A stretch of DNA of 63,961 nucleotides, filler included, from an uncultured bacterium (GCA_964471275.1; 3 parts of 3 records of this genome joined end to end with filler, not necessarily neighbours in it), one strand, 5' to 3'; positions 10,151 to 19,546 are shown, counted from the first letter of the whole stretch. Numbers and translations: made by a program. The notes: generated from the letters alone by a model not told the origin.

Positions 10151-11047
10151 GTGACTGCGCATTCGCCCTCACTCAGAGATCGGATCCTCGGGGACGAGTT
10201 CCTTCTGGGGGATGGTGCTTGTGGGACTGAGCTCCAGACACGTGGACTGCCCGTTGGTACCCCACCGGAGCTCTGGACACTCGAGCAACCTGACATCGTT
10301 CGCCAAGTTGCGTTCGACTACTTCGCTGCCGGATCAGAAATGGTTCTCACAAATACGTTCGGGGCGAACCGGGTTCGGTTGGGCAGATTGGGATTGGGTG
10401 AGCGGATCGAAGAGATCAACCGCGAAGCCGTCAGGCTTGTTCGGTCTGTCGTCCCAGAGGTTGGGTTCGTGGTGGCGTCTGTCGGGCCAACTGGGGCAGA
10501 CCTGTCTGTGGATGAATACCGATCAATCTATGCAGAGCAGACGGCCATACTGCTCGATGCCGGTGTGGATGGTGTGTGTGTAGAGACCGTGTGCTCGACA
10601 GACGAAGGTCTAGCAGCGGTTGATGCTGTCGGCGCGGCGAGTGACCTGCCGATTATCCTGAGCTTCGTGGTCGTAGAGCGGCATGGTTCGCTTGCGACGC
10701 TGGATGGCGAAGATTTCGCAACTGCAATCCGAAGGATGGGTGACTCTGGCGTGGACGCGGTCGGCGTAAACTGCATCGACGGCGAAATCGCTGAAGAGGC
10801 CTGTCGGCAGATACGGTCACTAGCCGACCTGTCTGTCTATGCCAGCCCGAACGCGGGTGTCCCCGATCGGGTGGGGGAGCGGTTGCTGTATCCGGTGTCC
10901 GACTCCGGCGTTGCTGAGGGACTGGCTGGCCTCGTGCAGTCCGGTGCGAGCGCCATCGCCGGCTGCTGCGGAACAGGGCCCGCCTGTATCGCGGCACTGG
11001 CAAAGAAGCTTGGTCGTCAGAAACACATCGTCAGGTGCAACTCGTAG
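10151..11047 (+). CDS. homocysteine S-methyltransferase family protein (stand-alone MetH Hcy-binding domain)
   Basis: DGACGT, LTNTFG, SVGPTG, GVNC, PNAG and GCCGT zinc-ligand motifs. Confidence 0.9.
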   Translation: MTAHSPSLRDRILGDEFLLGDGACGTELQTRGLPVGTPPELWTLEQPDIVRQVAFDYFAAGSEMVLTNTFGANRVRLGRLGLGERIEEINREAVRLVRSVVPEVGFVVASVGPTGADLSVDEYRSIYAEQTAILLDAGVDGVCVETVCSTDEGLAAVDAVGAASDLPIILSFVVVERHGSLATLDGEDFATAIRRMGDSGVDAVGVNCIDGEIAEEACRQIRSLADLSVYASPNAGVPDRVGERLLYPVSDSGVAEGLAGLVQSGASAIAGCCGTGPACIAALAKKLGRQKHIVRCNS

Positions 11048-11941
11048 GAGTCGGGCCGCACGGCCGGCGTGAATTCGTAAGTCTCAGGCCCTTCAGCATT
11101 GAAGATGCCTGCCAGAAATCTGATACCCATCCCTGCAATGCCTCCCACCGCAGCGCCGAACTTCATCTCCTCGCCTGCCGAAATCTCTTCAAGCGTCAGC
11201 CCCGCAAACAGCCCGGTGAATTCGCCAGTCAGCGTGCCCTGGATTCTGTAACCAAAGGTCGATTTCATCACCTGTCCCGGTATGATGAGCCGATCGGCTT
11301 CCGAAGAGTTGATCTGCTTGGTCGCCTCATTTTTCAGGGCCGTATAGATAGACCCGTTGTCCCAGGTTCCGAGGAGACAACCATCGGTTACGTCCTCGCC
11401 AATCGTGATACTCGCCTTTTGGCGCTTCGTGATCCGATCGAGATGCCGTGATAGTTCGATGTCCACGATCGAGGCGGTTGCCGGGGTGTAGGAGGTGCCG
11501 AGACCCAGGTGCCGAGCCAGAGTGCGTCAAAGTGGGCTTGCTTGAGCCACACGACCCTTGTAGACCGTCTGGCGCTTCGGATATGCCGGATCATGACGAA
11601 CGGTCTTCCTCTCGTGGATTCGAAGAACGAGGCGAACTTAAAATTCGTGACAGGGAGAGTGAAGGGCAGGAGGAGATCCGGTATGGGCGCTGGCGGGCAA
11701 ACGGTCTGCGCAGCTCTGAGGGTCCATAGAACAGTCGATATGCTTGACATTTCTCCGCGTCGATTTCGTGACCGATTGTGTCGATGCTGACTGGTAGTGC
11801 ACAAAGGGTGCGCTTCGCGACGATCGCCCAACGGTCTTCGGTAAGCGGCTGGATCTCGAGTTTTTCGGAGGGTGATGGAGTGGAACGGAACAGCAGGCAG
11901 GACAGGCTGAATACAATCGGTGTGAAAGGCCACACCGGCAT
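11017..11941 (-). pseudogene. probable fragmented gene for a secreted or membrane protein (C-terminal glycine-zipper helices)
   Basis: Three overlapping minus-strand frames look like consecutive pieces: signal-like MPVWPFTPIVF...IGHEIDAE, a middle segment FKFASFFES..., and 11017-11466 with GxxxG helices. Confidence 0.35.
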
Positions 11942-11949
11942 GGTTCACC

Positions 11950-12675
11950 TCACACGTTGGCGGTCCTCTTGAGGCCACGGCTGGAGGATGCGATGTGGAG
12001 TCGCATGTGCTCTCTGGCCAGCCTCGGGTCTCTAGCCTCAATGGCCGCTAGGATCGCACGGTGTTCTTCAAGCGATAGATGCGCCCGCCGCTCACCGTCT
12101 GGCGAGGACGGGTCATCCAGACTTTGAACGATCCATTGCTGGAGATAGTTCCGTGTAAGGCTCACCATATTGGCGAGGATGCCATTCTGCGAGGCATTGG
12201 CGATACCGAGGTGGAAAGTGAGGTCGGCCGCCAGAAAGCGTTCCTGGCTACGCAGGGCAGTTTCCAGGTCCGAGAGGGTCTCGCCAATGAATCGGATGTC
12301 TTCCGTTGTGGCTTTTTGCGCGGCAGATTCAGCGGTCTGACACTCGAGCATCAGGCGTGTTTCGATCAGATCCTCCACCCCTTTGTCATCCAGAAGGATC
12401 CCCCATTGCAGGGATTTCTCGAGGTGTCGGCTGCTGTCTTCGGAGATGAAGGTGCCCTCGCCGACGCGTCCCTCGACGATTCCCAGCGTGGCAAGTGAGC
12501 GCAGAGCTTCACGCAGGGACGTCCGTCCGACGCCAAAATGTCGGCACAGATCACGTTCGGGAGGAAGCCGTTCGCCCGGGCTCAGCTCGTTCCGACCGAT
12601 CAGATCGACCAGCTGATCCACGATCTCGTCGCTAATGGACCGCTTGCGGATGGGTCGTATACCTTTTCCGGTCAC
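11950..12675 (-). CDS. FadR/GntR family transcriptional regulator
   Basis: PGERLPPERDL...GVGRTSLREAL wHTH and an FCD domain (D..FH, EH..I..AI). Confidence 0.95.
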   Translation of the reverse strand: MTGKGIRPIRKRSISDEIVDQLVDLIGRNELSPGERLPPERDLCRHFGVGRTSLREALRSLATLGIVEGRVGEGTFISEDSSRHLEKSLQWGILLDDKGVEDLIETRLMLECQTAESAAQKATTEDIRFIGETLSDLETALRSQERFLAADLTFHLGIANASQNGILANMVSLTRNYLQQWIVQSLDDPSSPDGERRAHLSLEEHRAILAAIEARDPRLAREHMRLHIASSSRGLKRTANV

Positions 12676-12718
12676 TCGCTTTTTCCGCTTTTCCGTCAGG
12701 AGACAGCGGGTTACATTG

Positions 12719-12739
12719 AATTGGTCTGACCATCAGACC
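12719..12739. promoter_or_regulatory. FadR/LldR-type operator palindrome in the divergent intergenic region
   Basis: AATTGGTCTGACCA (TGGT-N3-ACCA) overlapping a second palindrome GGTCTGA-cca-TCAGACC. Confidence 0.7.
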
Positions 12740-12792
12740 TGACCTAATAATCGACTTTCTGCGGTCATAGTCAAGTCATCGGAGTGTATTAC

Positions 12793-13419
12793 GTGGTTGA
12801 GATAAAGGATATCGGGCGTCGGATCGAACTGATCACGATGGACCCCCACTTCGAGGGGATCTCGATCGGCCTCTATCGCCAGCCCGGTGAGTCCGCGAAA
12901 TTCCTTGTCCATTCCTACAGCAGCAAGGAGGGAGCGGACGAGCGCCTAGCTTCTGTCAGACGGACCATGGCAGTGCTTGGCGGTATGGATGAGGATGCCA
13001 CCGGAACCCTATCCTTCCCTTGTGGCGCGACACACAGTGCGGCGGTCAGACGTCTCTTCCTGGAAGCGGGTAAGACGACCGAGATCCCCGCCGAGGCCAG
13101 GCCACTACAGACACTCGACAAGAAGTCCGGTCTGACCATCGATGTCTCCAGATACGGCTCAGGGCTCTACCAGGTCACGGCGAGCGACGAGGCAAAGGCG
13201 CCGGAGAGACGCATCAAGGCGGTCGCGAACGGTCTCGCAAAGCTCGGAGAAATGGATCTGATTGATGGGCGCGATGATCGGGTGCGATACCCGTGCGAAC
13301 AAGATCACGATGCGCTGATTGGGTTGCTCCTCGTGCGCGCACCAAATGTGAGGGCACTCGTCAGAGAGCAGGAAATGGCGTCTTCTCGTGGTGTGCTTAC
13401 GGCACCGAGTCATCAATGA
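12793..13419 (+). CDS. hypothetical protein with an internal duplication, first gene of the corrinoid operon
   Basis: GGAG RBS then GTG at 12793 (ORF track start 12784). Two similar halves each carry LGxM...PCxxxH. Confidence 0.75.
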   Translation: MVEIKDIGRRIELITMDPHFEGISIGLYRQPGESAKFLVHSYSSKEGADERLASVRRTMAVLGGMDEDATGTLSFPCGATHSAAVRRLFLEAGKTTEIPAEARPLQTLDKKSGLTIDVSRYGSGLYQVTASDEAKAPERRIKAVANGLAKLGEMDLIDGRDDRVRYPCEQDHDALIGLLLVRAPNVRALVREQEMASSRGVLTAPSHQ

Positions 13420-13474
13420 CCTCAGAATCGCAAGAGGGTAGGGGCGGAGGGGCGTGTAGGATCTGGAAAACTCT

Positions 13475-14503
13475 ATGAGCGATGTGAAGGAAATGAAGCC
13501 GAGGGAGAGGGTGCTGGCTGCGCTGAATCGGCAGCCTGTGGATCGTACACCGACGTGTAATCCGACGTCGATGGCGACGGTCGAATTGATGGATCTGGTG
13601 GATGCGCCGTTCCCGGAGGCAAACCGGGATCCCGAGCTGATGGCTAGGCTGGCGGCGACGGGACATACAGAGCTGGGTTTCGACACGATCATGCCTGTGT
13701 TTTCGATCATCCAGGAATCATCTGCGGTCGGCTGTAAGATTCAGTGGGAGCAGAAGGACAACTGGCCTACGGTCAAGATGTCGGAGCCCATCTGGGAGAC
13801 CCTGGAAGATATCAAGATTCCGTCAGGCTACATGCAGCATCCAGACGTGCAGTGCGTGATCAAGGCGATCGAGATCCTGAAGCGGGACTACGGCGACGAT
13901 GTGGCGATCATCGGGAAGACAATGGGGCCGTGGTCGCTCGGATATCACTGCATGGGTGTCGAATCGTTCCTGCTGATGTCGCTCGATGATCCGGATCAGA
14001 CCAAGCGGATTCTCGACAAGCTCAAGCAGATCACGATTGAGTTCGGTATAGCTCAAATCGAGGCGGGTGCCGATGCGCTGACCTTGCCTGATCACGCGAC
14101 GGGTGACCTGGTGAGCGGCGAGTACTACGAGCGCTATCTGCGTGAATTGCACATCGAGTTTGTGGAAAAGATACCGATCCCTTTGATTCTGCATATCTGC
14201 GGTCGAACAGTAGATCGTATGGACTACATCGCGCAGACCGGGATGTCCGCATTCCATTTCGATTCAAAAAATAAGCCGGAGGAGTCGATCGCTATCATGG
14301 GAGATCGGATTTCTCTGGTCGGAAACATCAACAATCCGGAAACGTTGTTCTCGCGGGGGCCAGAGGCCGTGAAGGAGGAAGTTGTCCGAAATCTTGAAGC
14401 GGGCGTTCAGCTGATTGGGCCGGAGTGTGCGATTCCGCTGCAGACGCCGATCGAGAACCTGACCGTAATTCCAGAAGCTGTGAAGGATTGGCACGAGCGT
14501 TGA
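13475..14503 (+). CDS. MtaA/CmuA family methyltransferase (URO-D fold, Zn-dependent)
   Basis: PRERVLAAL...VDRTP, GPWSL, LHICG (H-x-C), GNINN and GPEC motifs. Confidence 0.9.
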   Translation: MSDVKEMKPRERVLAALNRQPVDRTPTCNPTSMATVELMDLVDAPFPEANRDPELMARLAATGHTELGFDTIMPVFSIIQESSAVGCKIQWEQKDNWPTVKMSEPIWETLEDIKIPSGYMQHPDVQCVIKAIEILKRDYGDDVAIIGKTMGPWSLGYHCMGVESFLLMSLDDPDQTKRILDKLKQITIEFGIAQIEAGADALTLPDHATGDLVSGEYYERYLRELHIEFVEKIPIPLILHICGRTVDRMDYIAQTGMSAFHFDSKNKPEESIAIMGDRISLVGNINNPETLFSRGPEAVKEEVVRNLEAGVQLIGPECAIPLQTPIENLTVIPEAVKDWHER

Positions 14504-14504
14504 T

Positions 14505-15260
14505 ATGGCAGAACTAGGTGACATCCAGAATGCATTCATCCGGACGGAGATCGAGGAGCATATCGATCGCCCCGATGAGATCGCACGGAACATCGAGCTT
14601 TTCGCGAAGACGAGGCCCGTTCTTCAGGAGATGGCCGCCGCGCTGATCGTGGGGGACCACGGACGGGTCGATGAGCTGACGACACATTGTCTTGGCGAGG
14701 GGATCAAGGCCCTCGAGGTAATGGATGATGGCCTGATCGCCGGGATGGGGATCGTCGGAATCAAGTTTCGTGAGAACATCATCTTTGTACCCGAGGTGTT
14801 GGCGTGCGCACGGGCGATGAAGGCGGGGATGACGCACATAGAGCCGATTCTCTCGGCCTCGGGGATCAAGCCGGTGGGTTCCGTCGTTATGGGAACCGTT
14901 AAGGGCGACCTGCACGACATCGGGAAGAACCTGTGCATCATGATGCTTAGAGGAGCAGGCTTTGTGGTTCACGATCTGGGAGTGGATACATCGGAAGACG
15001 CCTTCCTTGAAGCGGTTGAGGAGCACAACGCGCCGTTGATGGGGATGTCGGCTCTTTTGACGACAACTATGCCGAACATGGGTAAGACGATCGAGGCGTT
15101 TATCGACGCAGATCTGAGGGATGACGTCAAGATCATGGTCGGAGGGGCTCCCGTGACTCAGGACTTTTCGGACGACATGGGGGCCGACGGGTATGGCGAG
15201 GACGCACTCGCTTGCGTCGAGTTAGCGAAGAGGCTTCTGGCGGATGTGGACGACAGATAG
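14505..15260 (+). CDS. corrinoid (B12-binding) protein, MtaC/MtbC-like
   Basis: Cap domain (GLIAGM..VG..F...FVPEVL) plus GDLHDIGK, SALLTTT and VGGAP B12-binding motifs. Confidence 0.95.
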   Translation: MAELGDIQNAFIRTEIEEHIDRPDEIARNIELFAKTRPVLQEMAAALIVGDHGRVDELTTHCLGEGIKALEVMDDGLIAGMGIVGIKFRENIIFVPEVLACARAMKAGMTHIEPILSASGIKPVGSVVMGTVKGDLHDIGKNLCIMMLRGAGFVVHDLGVDTSEDAFLEAVEEHNAPLMGMSALLTTTMPNMGKTIEAFIDADLRDDVKIMVGGAPVTQDFSDDMGADGYGEDALACVELAKRLLADVDDR

Positions 15261-15272
15261 CCGAGGACGTGT

Positions 15273-15605
15273 GTGACTGATCGATCCGATGGCATCGAGT
15301 TTTCCGAAGGTCCGAAGCCCGGACCCACGAGAGAAGATTATCAGATTCGCCTGGACAGGATCACGGCTCTCTTCTCGGGTATGGTTCGGCACGCGGAGAA
15401 AGTGTCACTCACCCGCTGTCCCTACAAGAATCGCTTCGATCAGTGCACGGCCAGATTTGGCTGCCGATTCCAGGATCGATCAACAGAGGTTGACACAATC
15501 CCCTGCGTAAGCGATGATAGCCTCGAGTATCGGTCGGCGTGGGAGATGGATCCTGATTCAGCCGAAGAGATGCACGACATACTGAGAACCGGTCGCAGTT
15601 CCTGA
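15273..15605 (+). CDS. small cysteine-cluster hypothetical protein
   Basis: GAGG RBS; C-x8-C-x5-C-x13-C pattern; sits between the corrinoid protein and the activator. Confidence 0.7.
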   Translation: MTDRSDGIEFSEGPKPGPTREDYQIRLDRITALFSGMVRHAEKVSLTRCPYKNRFDQCTARFGCRFQDRSTEVDTIPCVSDDSLEYRSAWEMDPDSAEEMHDILRTGRSS

Positions 15606-15672
15606 ATCACCGCACTCTGTTGCACCCCGCTTGGCCGTGGGTCTGGCGGGGTAATCTTTGGGTACAACACAC

Positions 15673-17107
15673 ATGGCGCACGTAAAGTATAACAGGCGTA
15701 AGACGGAGTCCTGCACAGGCCGGTCCCTCTTCGATTACGCCGATGATTTTGCCCTTCGGGTCGCCACCTCCTGCAGCAGAGGTGGCGCCTGCCACGAATG
15801 TGTCGTCGAGGTTCAGGAGGGAGCAGAGGCTCTGAGCTCTCGGTCTGAAGAAGAGGCATTCTTGCAGGATCCCTTTCGACTGGCCTGCCAGGCGAAAGTC
15901 GAACAGACCGACACCGATGTGGCCTTTACACCCCTCCGACGGGAGCCCAAGATCCTGACGGCTTCCGGGAGATTCGAAGGGGATCTCGATCCTGTGATCC
16001 GGCGGTCAGGCGATCAGGTCCTGAGTGGAAACGACCGTGTGGATGCGTATCGCGGCCGGATCGTCGGGATCGCCCTGGATTTGGGTACTACGACGGTTGT
16101 TGCCGACTTTGTCGATTTGGAGACCGGTGAGAGCATCACCGTCAGTTCATTCGAGAATCCTCAGCGATTCGGTGGCAGCGACGTGATGAACCGTATCTCG
16201 TACGATGTTGGGGAGAACCAGGGGGAGCTTTGGAAGGCTGCGTCCAGTAGTCTGAATAAGGAGATCGAGCAAGCTTCGGCCCGTTGCGGGTTCTCGACGC
16301 AGGATATCTACGAGATCGTTGTTGCCGGGAACGCGACCATGCGTGACCTGTTCTTTCGACTCGACGTGCAGCCGATCGGTCAGAAGCCATATAAGTCTAC
16401 GATCGAGTACGCCTACCTCGCAAAGGAGCGCAGCACCACATCCATCGTCGCTCCAGCGAACCGGATCGGGATCCGCATCAATCAGAACGGGCGCGCCGTG
16501 GGTCTTCCGATCATCGCGAGCCACGTTGGGGGAGACACGTCGGCGGACATGATTGCGCTGAACATGCTCGCCGAGCACGAAATCGCGATGCTCGTGGATG
16601 TCGGCACAAACACCGAGGTCGTCGTGAAGAAAGGTGATCGACTGGTGGCGGCTTCGTGTCCGGCCGGACCCGCGTTCGAAGGCGGGGGTGTCGAGTTCGG
16701 GATGGCGGGATATGAGGGCGCGATCGAGACATTGACGATCGAGGATGACACTTTCAAGTTCCACACGATCGGGGATCTGCCGCCAGAAGGTCTGTGTGGG
16801 TCTGGGCTGATCGACCTGTTGGCGGAGCTCCGTCGAAATGAATGGATGGCACCTAGCGGCGCGTTCAAAGACAAGCAGTTGGCTTTGACGGTCGATCCTG
16901 AACGCGAGATCACGTTCTCTCGTCAGGATGCTAGCAATCTTGCCCAGGCCAAGGCTGCGAACACAGCCGGCATGTACCTCGTGATGCGTCATCTGGACGT
17001 GAAACCCGAGGATGTGGAGACGCTGTATTTGGCCGGGGGGTTCGCTAATTACGTTGATATACCGAACGCGATCGAGATCGGATTCTTGCCCCCTGTGCCG
17101 GAAGACC
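15673..17107 (+). CDS. ASKHA-domain corrinoid reductive activator (RamA/RACo, DUF4445) with N-terminal 2Fe-2S domain, truncated by gap
   Basis: SCSRGGACHEC...RLACQ ferredoxin motif, then DLGTT, NPQ..GSDVM.RI, DVGTNTE, AGPAFEG, GLCGSG and LAGGFA. Confidence 0.93.
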
Positions 17108-17207
17108 NNNNNNNNNNNNNNNNNNNNNNNNNNNNNNNNNNNNNNNNNNNNTTAATTAATTAANNNNNNNNNNNNNNNNNNNNNNNNNNNNNNNNNNNNN
17201 NNNNNNN
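17108..17207. other. artificial contig linker
   Basis: 44 N + TTAATTAATTAA (stops in all six frames) + 44 N. Confidence 0.97.
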
Positions 17208-17340
17208 ATTACAACACTATAAGAGGTCTCACTCATTCAGGGGGTCAATATGGCCCCAATCCCCTTACCCCAACCCCGTTTCACCAAAAAAAGGCGCCGC
17301 TGTATGCGACCTGAATTCAAACCCCATACCCACCGGCGCC

Positions 17341-17757
17341 CTACTCCTTCAACACCGTCCTTATCGACGCATAGTCAATCCCATATACCTCCAGCACCCG
17401 CGCCGCGACTCCCTCTTCATCCTGCGCCAAGGAGAGCAGAACGTGCTCCGGCTCCGCCTTCGGAGAACCCAGACTTCCGGCTTCTTCGATAGCCCGGTCC
17501 AGAGAGCGAAGCGCCCTCGGGCTGAATGGGATCTCCTCCTCCGTCGCCAGCGACCCAGCCGAGATGACAAACGCGTCGATCTGGCTCTGCAGATCCGCGG
17601 GATCCAGACCGAGTGCGATCAGAATCTCGCTCACCTTCAAGTTCGCTTCATGGCTGACGGCAAGCAGGATGTGCTCGGTACCCACATACCGATGACCCAA
17701 CCGTCTCGCCTCCACCTTCGACGCCTCCTTCAGCGCTTGGCTCTTCTCCGAAAGCAT
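17341..17757 (-). CDS. stand-alone Clp protease N-terminal (ClpN repeat) domain protein
   Basis: EARRLGHRYVGTEHILL and EEAGSLG...EPEHVLLSL...AARVL repeats, with no AAA+ domain. Confidence 0.85.
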   Translation of the reverse strand: MLSEKSQALKEASKVEARRLGHRYVGTEHILLAVSHEANLKVSEILIALGLDPADLQSQIDAFVISAGSLATEEEIPFSPRALRSLDRAIEEAGSLGSPKAEPEHVLLSLAQDEEGVAARVLEVYGIDYASIRTVLKE

Positions 17758-17800
17758 AGATCACCCCATTCCCGACTCGATTAAGGCGTATGCCTTGCAG

Positions 17801-19441
17801 TCACTTCCTGAACACGCCCGTAAAGACACCTGGCTGCAGCCCCCCTGTGTCGACCCGGTGGACGTTCAGGAGTTGGACGGACTTGTGTTCGCTGAACATC
17901 CGCTCCATCAGATCCATCTCCTGAGTCACCAGGGAGATGCTTGCTCCATCGTTCATCCACTCGGGCAGCCGTTCGAACAGAGCAGCGTATGCCTCGACGT
18001 TCTTGCCGTGTGAACCTGTTCTGATCCCATACGGCAGGTTGCTAATCAGTTCGTCGAACCGACCGTCGAGCTTCACGAACCGCACGTCGCCGCGGGCAAA
18101 CCTCAGATTGTCGTCGCCCGATCGATCAAGGTTGGTTTGAGCGGCCTGGATCGCATTGCCCGAAACATCGCACCCCACAAGCTCCCCCACTGGCTGAGCG
18201 GAACGGAGTCTCTCGAAAAGCATCGTACCGCACCCACAGAACGGATCGAAGACGCGCGGCTTTCCATCCTGTCGCTCAGCCACGCGAACAACGGTTGCTG
18301 CTGTTGCCGGGTGCATGGAGGCGGGCACGTCTTCAACCCGGTAGTCAAACCGTGTATCCGGTTCGCTGGTAAGGTGGAGATACAGTTTCACCTGTGTCTT
18401 CGCCCGCTGCAGTCTCAGTTCGACGTCGTAGTGACTTGGACTGTTCACAAACTCCGGGTGCGAGATCGCCAGGCGCTTCGCCCACTTCCCGATCAACTTT
18501 CGCCGATTCACGTGCGAGATTTCTTTCCCGCGCACCTCGATCCTGAAGCGGGATGCATTCTGTGGCTCACCATAGATATCACCGACGGTCCTCAGCCCGA
18601 TCTCCAGCAGTTCAAGACCTGCGCGCTCAAAACCGGCTTCAGACCGATCGCCCAACTGAATCTCACCGGCAGGAACCAGCCACTCGCGCCAGATGCGAAC
18701 CTGGCGAAGCGCACGCAGCTTGTCCACACAGACCCGGACCGCCCCGGTCTGCACAATCCTCGGCCTGCGTCCACACACTTCCTCAAAAACATCACAAAGT
18801 ACCTCCTCCACACCCGGAGCCGAACGCAATTCGATCTCTCGTTCCCCGCCGAATCGCTCGAGCGGCTCCCGCCCCGGGTGGTCGATGACCGTGACCCGAT
18901 CCTGCGCCTTCGCCAGAGCTTCCGTCTCCTCAGCGGACCGTGGATTCAGCCGTCCCAGTACCGCACTGCTCGCTTCGCCCCCGATCTGCCCCAGCGCCAG
19001 AACCATCGACGGTCGCACCCAATCGAAAGGTTCCGCGTTCAGCGCCGTCTCGAGCGTCTTGACACCCGTTGTCGCCCGCAGATCTCCAAGCGCGATCGCT
19101 GCGTTCCGCCGAACCTTGGGATCTACATCCACAAGGGCTTGAACAACGGTCTTGGTTATCTCGCCCTGCCGCTCTGCGGTAAGCTTCCGGGCGATCTTTC
19201 CCAGGAGGTGAATAGAACTCCGTCGAACGGCCTCGGATTCCGACGTTGCCGCCCCAATCAGCGAGACAGCCGCCGCCTTCCCGTTCCGCCGGATCAGATC
19301 TCCGACATAAAACCTGAACTTGAGATCCGGATCCGCCAGAAAGGTCGGCAGTTGCGCGGACTCCTTCTGAGAAAGGCCCACGACCAGTCGCTTTCGATAC
19401 AACCCGTCGAGTCTCTTACGCAGTTCGGTCACAGGTCTCAC
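17801..19441 (-). CDS. HEAT-repeat protein fused to a THUMP-like/SAM-dependent methyltransferase (UPF0020/Trm14-like)
   Basis: HEAT motifs (DPKVRRNAAIALG, WVRPSMVLALG) and C-terminal DPFCGCGT and SNLPYG motifs. Confidence 0.82.
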   Translation of the reverse strand: MRPVTELRKRLDGLYRKRLVVGLSQKESAQLPTFLADPDLKFRFYVGDLIRRNGKAAAVSLIGAATSESEAVRRSSIHLLGKIARKLTAERQGEITKTVVQALVDVDPKVRRNAAIALGDLRATTGVKTLETALNAEPFDWVRPSMVLALGQIGGEASSAVLGRLNPRSAEETEALAKAQDRVTVIDHPGREPLERFGGEREIELRSAPGVEEVLCDVFEEVCGRRPRIVQTGAVRVCVDKLRALRQVRIWREWLVPAGEIQLGDRSEAGFERAGLELLEIGLRTVGDIYGEPQNASRFRIEVRGKEISHVNRRKLIGKWAKRLAISHPEFVNSPSHYDVELRLQRAKTQVKLYLHLTSEPDTRFDYRVEDVPASMHPATAATVVRVAERQDGKPRVFDPFCGCGTMLFERLRSAQPVGELVGCDVSGNAIQAAQTNLDRSGDDNLRFARGDVRFVKLDGRFDELISNLPYGIRTGSHGKNVEAYAALFERLPEWMNDGASISLVTQEMDLMERMFSEHKSVQLLNVHRVDTGGLQPGVFTGVFRK

Positions 19442-19546
19442 ACATTTCCAGATTTACATTCCTCATTCTGCATAACATCTTGTCTCGGCTTCGCTCGGAC
19501 ACTGCCGCTGTCATTCGGACGCTTACCAACAACCAGAAGGTACCCG

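Noticed and set aside
17152..17163. TTAATTAATTAA palindrome inside N runs (also 49245-49256)
   Set aside because: It is an artificial six-frame-stop linker. Adjacency across these joins is not biological.
18137..19546. Apparent 470-aa N-terminal extension of the dehydrogenase (797-aa ORF)
   Set aside because: It is the antisense shadow of the HEAT-methyltransferase gene. Dehydrogenase similarity starts at ATG 19547.
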